This document shows positions 44,901 to 56,400 of a stretch of 64,000 nt of DNA, one piece after another. The first letter of the stretch is position 1; the number at the start of each line of letters is the position of its first letter. Location: the NCBI GenBank assembly GCA_051294375.1, contig CM119266.1, positions 26,168,851-26,232,850 of the forward strand, written 5' to 3'. Source of the stretch: Paraspadella gotoi (lineage: Eukaryota; Animalia; Chaetognatha). The notes under the pieces were generated by a model. The model was not told the DNA's origin and ran no database searches. It saw nothing but the letters and a program-made list of their open reading frames with translations. The position numbers were made by a program, and so were the translations under genes.

Positions 44901-45755
44901 ATCCGTACGCAAGAAAAGGACCGGAAACGAGAGTAGACATTGGGTGCGGTGAAAATAGCGGATTAATTAGGTATAAATGAAAAAAAAAATATGAAGCAGA
45001 AAGGTCTAGGCCCGTCTGGCGAGATAAAAAGGAGATTTAATTTAAGATAGATTACACATGGTTAAAATCCGAAAATCAAGTTAAAAACCAGATCTTCTAC
45101 TCGGTACTCACTTCGTTTTGTGATACGCGACGGTAAAGTCGGGACAAAAGAGGAGGTCACTGAGAGCGTTGAGAAGTGTCTGCGCCAGAGGTCGCGCCTC
45201 AGCCAGTTCGTCTTCGTCGTCTTGGCGCGGAAGACCCCGCCCTCCACCAACGCCGCTTCTCGCTCCCGGGACTGTCGACCAAAAGAATCCCCGCCACTCG
45301 GGGTCTTCAAAAATGTAGGGCAGTACGCGGGTTAAAATGCGAACGCAGTTCATGACGATCTGAGAGGAAAAATAAAAATGAAAAATTACATATGTAGAGA
45401 CAGGAAGGGAAAAAATGGTTAAGATTAAAAGCGCCAAAAGATTTTCATCCACAAAAATAATTAATATCCCTCATCCCACCTCTTGCTCCTTTTGAGTGGC
45501 GGCGCCACTCTGCGCGGCCTGTTCCAGCTTGTCCACCGCTTTGAAGCAGAGTGTGGCCAAGTTGGCGGGATTCTCTTCGCGAAGTGCGCGTATTTCGGCG
45601 GCGGGAACGAGAGAGAAGACGTCGCCGACCGAGGCGACGCTCTCCGCCCAGAACTGGTCCCAGAAAGCGTCATCGTTGACGTCGACGGGTTGCGTCTTCG
45701 TCGTCAGTTGGATGACGGCCTTGCGAAAACTTAACTTCGAGTCCGAGTTCCCCAT
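38932..45755 (-). CDS. HID1: HID1 domain-containing protein (Golgi/dense-core vesicle biogenesis); apparent 1-nt frameshift near 42117
   Basis: N-terminus MGNSDSKLSFRKAVIQL (N-myristoylation type); NCVRILTRVLPYIFED; DSCEYIWESGVGF; DIPVFTGNHADLLI; WKQKLPLQTIMRMLQVLVPQVEK; C-terminus HGTLVGLLPVPHPILIRKYQPN..DTDVKLFEIQRV* (TGA 38932-38934). Confidence 0.95.
39431..40976 (+). mobile_element. hAT-type non-autonomous element family B, containing nested family C (~39746-40358) and family E (~40605-40728) insertions
   Basis: Ends tagagtggag / ctccacccta; 8-bp TSD atgaatac at 39423-39430 and 40977-40984; inverse copy at 54360-55613. Confidence 0.88.
43636..43710. repeat. (AGAGA)n pentanucleotide microsatellite in a HID1 intron
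   Basis: Direct reading: agagaagagaagaga... Confidence 0.9.
44095..44325 (-). mobile_element. tRNA-derived SINE-like element
   Basis: Minus-strand head ggTGGCTCATTGAG (A-box-like) ... GGTTCGATCCC (B-box); GC-rich island in an intron; no complete cloverleaf seen. Confidence 0.5.
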
Positions 45756-46607
45756 TTTTTCTTACTTTTTGTCGAGTTTCTTTACTTTTTTTTCTTGCCC
45801 GATTGATTCCGGTTGGTTCACACGGGAAAAATTAATTAGGGGCCATAAAATTATTGATCAATCTAAGTTTGTGGTTCAGTCACAGAAGGAAATGTAAGCA
45901 CTACAGTGTTCACAAAAGAAAAAATAAAAACCTATTATTTTTCATCGATAAAACGTGATAAAATCGTAAAAACAAGATAAAAAGTAATAAACGTAAAAAT
46001 CATAACGAAAAGGAGGGCCTTCGAGACGAACACATTGTATTGACACAAATGTATAATGACTAGAGAGAGAATTGAACTCATGCGCGAGCGTCAAACAAAT
46101 AATTTTTTTTTGCTTTAAAATTAATTTTGTGAATATAAAACAAAAACAAGTCCTATCCCAGAGCAGAGGAAAGCTTGTTCTAAAAAATTTATTTTATATG
46201 TAAGTAAAAAAAATACGGTAGCTAAAATAACCCTATTTTTCAGGCTTAAGCACTACGATTCAGGAAAGACAAATATTTTCCCCGGTACATAAAATGTGTG
46301 AGATATTTTTTTTAATTTTGATTCCGAGCGAGGGTAATAAAATTGGACCAATACTTTTATTTTAAATAAAATCGTATTTATTCACAGATCGACGGGAAAG
46401 TGGAGGGGAAAACAGGTTTAAAGTGAGACGATTTCGATAACGCACTGGCCAAAACAATCACGGAAAACAATTTTTGGCGTCACTATAGTTGAGATCGAAA
46501 GTTCGTTTACGCTATGAATTACATAGCCAGTCCAAGTCAGTAACAAGATTGGTTATTGAATTATGAATTATTTTATTAGTTGTACCAATTTCTGAATTCA
46601 TCATTCG

Positions 46608-48341
46608 TTACTCATCTTCGGTCAGCAAGGAAGCGACATTACGAGGAAAAGGCTCCCCATCTTCATAGTCCCCTTCCCTGGGGGAATCTGGAGGAGATTC
46701 GGAAAGGGACGCCGGTTGCGAAGTCGGAAGCGATTCCGTTTCCGGCGCCGTCTCTGAACCCGACGGCGGAAAGGAGTCTTCGTTCGTTTGGGCGAACTGG
46801 TCCCCGGTTGAACTCACCGACTCGAAAATATGATCCTCGTATGCCGGAGGATATTCTGGAGATAATTTTAATGGTAGAATGATCAGCAACTATTAAAATC
46901 TAGTGTATCTTTTACCTGGAGGCGATGAGACTCTTCCAGCGCCGTTTCCATCTGCGACGAAGAGTGGGTTCGATCGAAAGTTAATGGCGCCGGCGGGAAA
47001 CGGCGTCGCGTTCGGGGCGGGAAAAGTTGGCGCCGGGTGCGAAGGAGAAGAAGACGAAGGAGGAAGCAGCGTCGAGGATCGAGCGGAGTTTAAGTAAGAA
47101 GGAGACGAAGGATCCTGATTTTGATAGGTAACTGTCGAGACGTAATGAGGGGTTGTGCCTTGAAAAATAACGTTAATCTAATTTACGTCTTGTCGCAAAT
47201 TTTAAAATATCAAAATATGGGGAAAAAGCGATCGAAATTTAAATTATATTAATTAAGTTAATTAAAAAAGAAAAAGCCAATTTATAAATATCCCATACCA
47301 TCAGTGTCGATTTCGCCATCATCAAGCCACTCGTCAGAAGTACAGCGATTCCGAGAGGCAGCGTCGGCAGTGGACTGAACCAGATCCGGCATCGGGTTAA
47401 ACAGGTGACCCGAGTTCACGGGATGAGACGATGGATTCACGGTTTCCGTGTAAGTGGGTGGAGGCTTTCCAGCTGGAAAAGGTTTATGGATGAATTGAGT
47501 CGGAGGTTGAGTTAAAAAAAAGACGAAACATTAGTCGAACTCACCGGGAATGACGAGTAGAAACACCGGAGGAATATCCGTGGCGGAACAAGAGGGGTTT
47601 CCGTGGTAAGCGGGAGGGAGATCGTTTTGAGTCGGGGTTTCCGTGTAGGGAGGCGGAGATGGAAGACTTGCTGATTGATTTGAAAAACAAAAGAGCACTG
47701 ATCTCATTTGAAGAAAATTGATAAGGTGAACGAAAGAGAAAAAAAAAACTTTCTTCTTACTCGATTGCGTCCCGTTCTGCGAGAAGAGCACCCTAAGCTG
47801 AGCCAAGGACGAGGAAAGTCCCGCGCCAAAGCGGTTGACCCACCGGCGCGGCGACCTGCCTTCATCGTCGAACCGTTCTGGGTCGACATCGGCACCGTGA
47901 CCGAGGCTCCTCGCCCGCCGACTCCGAGCCTCCATGGCGGCGAGTGCGGCGGCCGCAGCCGCAGTCTCGCCGTTGCTCTGCAGCAGGCGCCGACGCTGGT
48001 GCGTACGCAGCAGAACTCGAATCGCGAGCGCGGCGACAAGGCAACCGACTGGACCGATTAGCCCGAGGAAAGGGTGGCGCCGCCCGCCGGTCAGAAGACT
48101 ACTGCAGTTGGTTTCATCAGAGTAGTCCTTACAATCCTTGTAACCGTCACACCTAGAAAAAGCAAATGCCTAAAATTATTTTCAAATGCTCAATTTTGTA
48201 AAAAAAAAAAATCTTAAAAGAATAAGTATCGTCGCAATTGCATAAAGAGAGAGAGAGATACAGAGATAGAGAGAGAAATAAAAACGAAATAAAAACATGC
48301 ACGAATCCTATTCCTAATTCAATTTTTTTTAATAAAAACGC

Positions 48342-48380
<39 letters not shown>

Positions 48381-49433
48381 CCAAATCGTTTTCGGACGAA
48401 TCAGCAGCGGCAGCAGCAGAGGCAGCCAGAAAAGAATCAAAAGGCAGCAGCAGGAGCAGCAGGAAAAAAGAGAGAAAAAGAAAGAGCCCCTGCAGAGCCA
48501 GCTGCAGACTCGTTTTTTTTTGGATGAATCAGCACTGGGGAAAAGAGAGAGAGAAAGCTACATATAATTAAAAGAGAAAAGAAAGATAGAAGGAGACATA
48601 AAAATAAAAGAGAGGAAATTTCTTTGTTTTGATAAAACGTAAACAAAACATATTTAATAACTTTCCTCACCCAATTTCAAGGACCTCGATGATGAGAAGC
48701 TGTATATAAATTTTCAGCTTCATACACCCAAATTTAATCATGAAAAAGGCGATCTATAAAATGGAACGCCGACGACGACGACGCCACCGCAAAATCGTCG
48801 CAAACGCAAAGCGATTTCGACGATAAAATGACAAAGAAGAGCTTCTCACCTCCAAGTGGACAAAATACAATCGCCATCTGAGCATCTAAATCCGTAACAA
48901 GCGCAATTTTCTTCGTCGCTTCCGCCGTCGCCGCAATCGTCCTTCCCGTTGCAGGTGTAAAAGTGATCCACGCATTTACGGTTGCGACACCTAAAAGTTC
49001 AAATCGACCCTAATGATTTGTGACGCAAAAAGGAAATACGGACGATAGAGCGCGACAAAGCAAAACCTGTGCATGGGTGGGTGCCAAGATTGAACGCAGT
49101 GGCAATCTTGTTCGTCCGATCCGTCGTGACAATCGAGCTGACGATCACATACCTGAATGAAAAACAAATTCAAAATGAGTCGCTATCAGATTTCGCCGGG
49201 ATAAACAAGTAAATTGTAAATATTTAATCGACCTGATCGACGGGCAGACATCTGATCCCCGTTTTGCACTCGAACTCGGTGGTTGTGTTGCACCTGACAC
49301 TCTTTCTCCAAGCCCCGACAAAAGGAGCGTTAATGCAGATGAGCAAAGAAGCGCAAACGACGATGTCGCCGGCGCGTCGACCATCTACGGTGGAGGCGTC
49401 GCCACGTGCGCGGCCCGAAAGAACCGCACGCAT
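46608..49433 (-). CDS. Type I membrane protein with three LDLa repeats and multiple cytoplasmic PPxY motifs (LDLRAD3/LRAD-like)
   Basis: Hydrophobic leader [18 protein letters not shown]. Three LDLa repeats: [54 protein letters not shown] and [62 protein letters not shown] and PPAY in the tail; stop 46608. Confidence 0.8.
48200..48680. mobile_element. Partial/diverged copy of the (GA)n-carrying MITE at 35665-36616
   Basis: Shares ggccaaatcgttttcggacgaatcagcagc and gctgcagactcgtttttt plus an upstream 40-bp block with the 36061-36530 region. Confidence 0.75.
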
Positions 49434-49812
49434 TCTAGCCACACCAAGATAAAACAACAATTTAGACCGAATGCCGGCGGCGTAGACAAAATTCTGGCTT
49501 CATTGTCGATTGAAACGAAGCTTTTTGTCACGAGCTTCTGAAAAAAAAGGAGGATTTTTTTTTGTAATGGCGGAAACAAAACTTAATAACTATATGGCGG
49601 AAATGATATGCAAAATATCACAACTGCTCCAATAAATGTAATAGTAATAATAATTATTAAATGACAATGTATTTGCTATGGAATGTGGCAGGACGAGTTT
49701 TTTTTTTTTTTTTGGTCAACTTTTTTGTATTTAGTATTATTTAATAGCATCTAAACTGAATTGCAGTGCTACTTTGCGGACTAAGAGTTTGTTTTTGTTA
49801 AATGAATTGAGA

Positions 49813-50768
49813 CTAGTTGTGGTTATCGACGTCGTTGTTCATTTCTTCGGGAATATCGGTGGAAGTAGGTCGCACCGAAACTGGATGGTGGTGGTGGTGG
49901 TGATGTAAATGATGGGATCCGGAGTAAGGGGGTCCCTGAGAGTGCTGCGGGGGACCCCCGGCCGCCGGGAGAGAGGCAGAAGCCGCTCCAGCCGCCGCGG
50001 ACGACGCCGCTCCCGCCGACGACGACGAAGCGGACGACTTTTTAGTCTTTTCCACGACGCGCGATTCTAGGGTTGCCTTGTAGTAACCGTTAAAGTCGAG
50101 ACGGTGGATGATGTTCATGAGTTTGTGTTCGCAGGCTTCGAACGAGACGTTGTAGATTTTTTGGAGGAGATCCATGAGATGCTCGGAAAAGTTGCGATCG
50201 AAGTTGGCAATGGTCTTTTCGAAAGAATCTGAAGACGTCAGCTGCTCGTGGTGAGCGGCGACGACGCGGGCGCGGATGCCTGTAAAAATGACATTTTTCA
50301 AGTTGTATCAATTGCTGCTGGCGAGATACTCCATTACAAAGAATAACCGTAATACATATATCCCGGCTAATAAAGTAATCTTCTGTGATAGGGAAAAAAA
50401 TACGTTTTTTATGGAAAAAAAAATCTTGAAAATTGAAAAATCTTTTACGCACCCTTAGAGTAATCGAGTAAGTCGCCGACGGCGGATCCGCAGGAAACCG
50501 CGTCTCCCTCCAGCGACGTCGCCGAGGGTGTTCTCGAGATCCGCATGTGATCCAGAGCGGCGCTCTTGGTCATGCGCAACAGGAAATTGGAGAAATTAAT
50601 GCAAATGAGCATCATTTTGTAAACGGTGCGAAGGAGATCCGAATTGGTGAGTAGGCAGTCCTTCATGCAATTGTCCAAAAAGTCGTCGTGCTGTTCTAAC
50701 ACTTCGTCAACATTGGCCACTTTCTGCGCGGAAGAAAGAACAGAAAAAAATATTATATAGAAAAGAAA

Positions 50769-50801
<33 letters not shown>

Positions 50802-53146
50802 CAGATGACCTTACCTGCATATTTTGCTCAAAAACGTGCCAATTGGGTTCTAAAACTTCGAACATCATGTAATACTCCAAATTTGTGACAAAATGTATCA
50901 TCCTTTGTCGCAAAATACAGGCAGCAACGTACCTGAAAAACAAAGAAAAAAAAATTAATGTCGAAAAATCGATTTGCCAGTAAGTACTGGGTACGACGTG
51001 CATCTCCTCACCACGGCGACGACCCGGCAGAGACTCCAAGAATCTTGGAGCCTTTGCACGACGTCCAAATTGCGGACAGCTGTCTCTCCACGTATTTGGT
51101 GTAAAAAAGATGACGAAATAGCATTTGGTAGCGGGTAAGAACCATTTTGCTGACGACCAGGGACAGAGGCCACTCGACAGTGTAGTCGAAGGAAAAGGCC
51201 TCCAGGCCCGAAAGGTTCATATCGTCGATGGGCTCAATGTCTACGTCTCTTTCCTTGACACTCTCCGTGATGGAGAGCACCTTGAACAGCTGCGTGATGA
51301 GGTCGTAAGGGAAGAGGTGGACCCGGAGATCCTCGTTGAAGGGGTCCTGTTTGGCAGTGGAAGTGCGGAGGGCGAGTTCCATGAGATTCTCCAGTCGAGA
51401 TGGGACGATGTCCTCGATGCTCTTGCGCATTTCCTCCTCGGCCATGTCCATGAACTGGACGATGAAGTCGCCCCGGTCGAGCAGGAAGTAGTGCTTGAGC
51501 GATTTGAGTCGCGCCAACAGCGCCTTCTCGGCGAGGAGCAGGTCAAGCAGGAGCTTGGAAGCATAGTCGTATGCGCGCTCAACGTGCTCCGTCAGCTGGC
51601 GCGATTTCAAAGAGTAGGAGAGTTCGGTGGCGTGGGGGCAGACGACGTCGCGGCCGCAGTTGCGAATCACGTTGAGGTACTTGCCGGTGCGGAGCGTCTT
51701 TTCCGCCACCGTCTCCAAAAACTTGGGGCATTGGTCGTGGCAGTAGGCGTAGCGCTTTTTCCAGTAATTGTCGCTAAAGTCTTCGCCGTCCCGGTTCCGC
51801 TCGGCGTCTTCGTTTTCCTCGACGAGGAACTCCGCGTAGGGATCCGAGATGACGCCCTTGTAGATCCAACGCTGGAGCATCTCAAAGTAAGGCACGCATG
51901 CGGCTTGTGTTAGATAGAGGCAAAGCTCCTCGGCCTTGGCGTCCCCGATCATGGAGGTCGTCTTCTCGTGGAGGATGGAAAGAACGGCCCCGCCCTTACA
52001 CTCGCCTTTGTCGACAGCGCGGCATATGGAGGCGAGAAGCTCGAACGTCCTCATCGTCGGCTGCAGGTAGAACCACATTTTCTGAAGCGTCAACTGGCCA
52101 GTGTTGAGCTGGGTCTCGAGCTGCGCCACCAGGGTAAAGTAGTCCCGCATCAAGTTCCACATGGCGGCGCCGAGAGCGTGGTTGACAGCGCCGGCGTCGA
52201 ATGATGCCTTGTCTTCGAGGAAGCGAACGACGGTGGCGTAGTTAGCGCAGACTGGAAGTAGGCGTCGCGCTAAGTCCTTGAGCGAGGCGTTGACTGTATT
52301 GGAAATGGCGAACGAATGGCCGGCAGATGCTGCCTCGGCCGACTTTCGCTTGGAGGAGATATAAACCCCCTCGACGCCCTCCATGAGGCTGAGTAAATCC
52401 TCGATGACCCGAACCTCTTGCTCGTGAACAGACATTCGGTCCAACGGCTCCGCATCCTCACCGGCTCGAACCCAGCCGGATGCCTCGGGTTTGAAGTTGA
52501 GAGAAAGATGGGGTCGCTCCGAAGACCACGGCGGCGCTTGAGGTGCATTATTTCCAGCTTTTCTCGGTTGCCCGCGATCTTCAAGGACGCGGCGTAAAAC
52601 ATCGGCGCTGGCGTAGGCGCTGGTAGTCCCGCAAGCGTTGAGCAGGCGTTCCTTGAGGCGGTCCACCTCGTCGGGGGTGTAAGCCGGGGCAGTGGAAGAG
52701 GAACGAACATTGGCGGGTGGAGGTTGGAGAGAGTAACCACCCGCCACCGCTCGCTCCTTGGCGTTCTTTTCTAACTGCTGCCGGAGGAGATCGTCGCGGA
52801 CGACAGAATTCAAGACGGAGACGAGGTGGTCGAGGTGTTTGTAGTTGCGCGAGTGACACTCGTCGTATTTACTGAGGAAGCTTTCGGGAGTCGGAGAAAA
52901 CTCTGCGATAGTCATTTTGTTCGAATGAGCGCTGACCTGCAAGAGACAAATATTAACAATCATCGTAATCAATAGTTTTCACTAACACCCCTCGTTAACT
53001 CTAACCTGAGATGAAACGAAAGGCGACCTGTCTTTGTTAATTTCATCGACAAGAGTCTCCCGAATGGCGCCGCGTGCAGCGTCCCCCGGCGCCAAAAGAC
53101 GCAGCAGCTCGTCAACGTCCCGATGGACGCGGAACTCGTCCGTCAT
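49813..53146 (-). CDS. TUBGCP2: Gamma-tubulin complex component 2 (GCP2/Spc97)
   Basis: MTDEFRVHRDVDELLRLL start; LTLQKMWFYLQP; WIYKGVISDPYAEF; LRTGKYLNVIR; SLKHYFLLDRGDF; VEWPLSLV; YQMLFRHLFY; LEYYMMFEVLEPNW; IIHRLDFNGYY; stop 49813. Confidence 0.95.
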
Positions 53147-53444
53147 TTTGCGGCGACGGAAGACGCGGATAAAAAGAGAGATTAACAGAAGAAAGAGGGA
53201 AAAAGAGGGAGACAGAAAGAAAAACCAGAGCTAAGAGAAAAGGGGAGGGGGGAAAGTGAGTGAAGGTTTTTAAAATGCCGCCTAATAATTTTTATCTGAA
53301 ATTATAAAAAAATAAATCAGCGACATTCAAATAAATCATCTAAAAAAAGAACTATTACAAGCAGAATTTTATGGGAGGACCGATAAAAAAATAACGCTAG
53401 AGTTTGACTAGAAACCCAAGTAGGATTAATCGCTGCGGTGTGCA

Positions 53445-56400
53445 TCAAGTGGCGCCGACGGCCACAATGTCGCCAGCGTCGTCATCTCCCTCTATCATTC
53501 CTTTTCCAGCGGGAAGGATAAAAATTTGCGTCGGAAGAAGCGACTGAAAGATGTCTGAAATATTGGAACCGGGAAACCGGGTGGCGTTTATGTGAAGGCG
53601 GGGAAGAGTCACGTTTCCAGCCACAAGCGGAAACAGGTTATAGACGAATTCCTGAAATGAAGAAGGAATAACCAAAGGTTTAAATATTCAAGAAACCGGC
53701 AAAGAGAGAAAAAAAATCAATTACTTGGTTGTCGAAAGGCAACAGCCGGAGTGTCATCTGCTTGTGACCGCTAAACATGAAGCCTTCGGATGACTCCATC
53801 ACTATCTCGAGGTCTTGCGGCTGACAGGTTAACAAAACACTTTAGGCATTGGGATCTTCGACCAAAGACAGGTGCTTTGTAACTCACCAACATGGTTTTA
53901 TTTTCGATCTTAAATCTGATATCCATCGGCGACCTCATCGTCCCGTACGGCGGCAACTTCAGTTCAACGCCAAGCGGCAGAGTTTGACGAGTCACTTGGG
54001 GCAAGGACATCGAACTCTTCACGAAGGGAAGGTCGTTCTTCTCGTCGCTGATTAATAAAATATACTTTTAAATCATTTTAAATAATTATATAATTTGCGA
54101 GACTAACCAGTTTTCTCCGGACGTTCGACGCCATTCGATAGTGAACTTGCCGAGAGCAATAGTGGCGCCGACCCCCAATCCCCGTTGCTGTTGCTGCAAC
54201 AACAAAGACGATTCGGCAGCAGCGACGGGGACGAGGCAGTAAAGGTCGCGGCACACGTCGTGCGGCATTAAGGTCAAGTCTTCTAGCATGGAAGTCAACT
54301 TGGACTCTCCTGTAACGAGTAAGTTTATTGATTACTGCTCTGGACATAGATGTATTTATTAGGGTGGAGTGATGAAAAGATTGAGTGATTGAACATTATT
54401 TTTTGGCTGCCTATGGACTAAGGCGTAGTAAAATTTCTAAATTTAACTTTAATTAAAATTCTAAAAGTAAGGAACGAACAACATTATATTAATGAACATT
54501 TATGTAATATAAAAATTTGTAATAAATTTTACAATTTATGCAGTAGGCCATATTTATACTAGTACTAAATCAATAAATGTTAAAATTTCAAAACAGTTTT
54601 TTCTAAGATTTTTTTGCAGATTTGAATTCGTCATAAAAAGTTTATAAAAAAAAATAACTCTTTTTGAAAAATTCCTTCATTAAGTGGGGTCTAAAAAATT
54701 AGAAAAAGCTATATTTTAATCTGAAAATTAACTTTTTATATATTCAATATAGTTTTTTTAATTTTTAACCCACTTAATGAAAGAATTTTTAAAAATGATT
54801 CAATTTTCTTTTATCAACTTTTGACGAGAATTCAAATCTGCAATCAAAATTAAGAAAAGCTTATTTTTGAAATTTTTCGATTTTATAAGGATAGTAATTA
54901 TATATAAATACAGCCTACTGCGAAAATAAAAAACATAAAATTAATTTTTTTTACAAATTAATGTACACTGATGGTATGTTGTTCAATAATTGACTTTTAG
55001 AATTTTCGTATGTAACTTTCACTACGCCTTACTATGGACATATAATTAATGAATTTTAAATATTTTTAAAAAAATTTTTTAGCATAACAGTATAGCAAAT
55101 TCAATATTTATGTAGTAATATCCTTATAAAATCGTCAAATTTCAAAATAATTTTTTTTTATTTTAAAGAACTGATTTGGATTCGCTGTAAAAAAACTAAG
55201 AAACTTTTTAAAATATGTTATATGAATTTTAATATTTAGATCACAAAAAATGACTAAAACGTTTTAGCATATATAAGTTTTTACTACAGAGAATAAAAAA
55301 GTTAAGAATTTTCACCTTTTTTCTTATTTTAAACATTGAAGATGACATAATTTTTGATAACATGTTTTATTTTTTGATTCAACTTTTTATGAAGAATCTG
55401 AATCTTTAATAAAAGTTTTATAAAAATTATTTTTAAAATTTACTATATTTATAAAGATATTACTACAAATATATTATATTTTACTATTCTGTTCCCGAGA
55501 ATAATATGAAACAAATATTTTTTGTACTAGTTAATCATACTAGCTCACATCTATAATATCATTTGTTCGAATCATATCAAAATAAATTTTTTGTTCTTGA
55601 GTGCTCCACTCTAGTATTTATTCTTAAAGTCTCTCACCTGGCGGCAACGAAAGTGCATCGGAAATTTCCAAGTGGGACGTTTTGATTTGCACCGGCCACT
55701 CAGAGATGCTCTTGATATCAGAGCAAAGCAGAAAGGGCTCGTCGGAAAAAACGACTTCCGTGGGTTCGAACCGCATCGTCAATGGCTTGGTCACAATTTG
55801 AAAGGGGCGCATGGAAGGCACTACCAATTCGATGGCAGCTCGGCACCGGCATACGACTTTCGTGGCGGCATCGACCGTCGACACCGACGATTCGATGGGC
55901 ACGATGTTAGAGGCTGGGTGAAGCGGCGTCGGGGTTAATTGCGGAGAGATCGGCGACACTGTCACAGAGTATTCTAGGGTCAAGCGGAACCGGCGCTCGC
56001 CCGGCTGAAGTGTTTTGAGATACAGGCGGCGACGAAGAGAGGCGCCAGCGTCAAGGTCCGGTAGGCTAACGTCAGAAACTCGAGCAATTGGATCTCCCTC
56101 CAGAGTAGGGGAGTCGGCGGAGATGTGAGTGGAGACAGTGTCGCCAGAGGATGGGTCTTTGAGGCCAACGTCGATGCGAAGTTCGGATACGGGAGAATCT
56201 TCCAAATTTTTGACAATAAGCTGAAATGATAGAGAAAAAGGAACAAGGTTATTTAATGTTATTTAAATAGATGACATTCATCGCTCACCTCTAGGACATA
56301 AAACTCGTTGACGAGACAGGGCGGAGAATGATCCACCTCTAATTCCACCTTCGGCGCCCGCGTTTCGATCTTCGTCGTCGTCGGCGTGCGAGAAATGAAG

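Noticed and set aside
49145-49384. Alternative signal-peptide-like [17 protein letters not shown].. for the LDLa gene
   Set aside because: It is out of frame with the first LDLa repeat; the ATG at 49433 is in frame and has its own hydrophobic leader.
51125-51913. 262-aa plus-strand ORF (and similar ones at 5323-5811, 41937-42473 and 5675-6322)
   Set aside because: These are antisense or alternative-frame shadows of GC-rich coding exons (TUBGCP2, CIPC, HID1) with no recognisable motifs.
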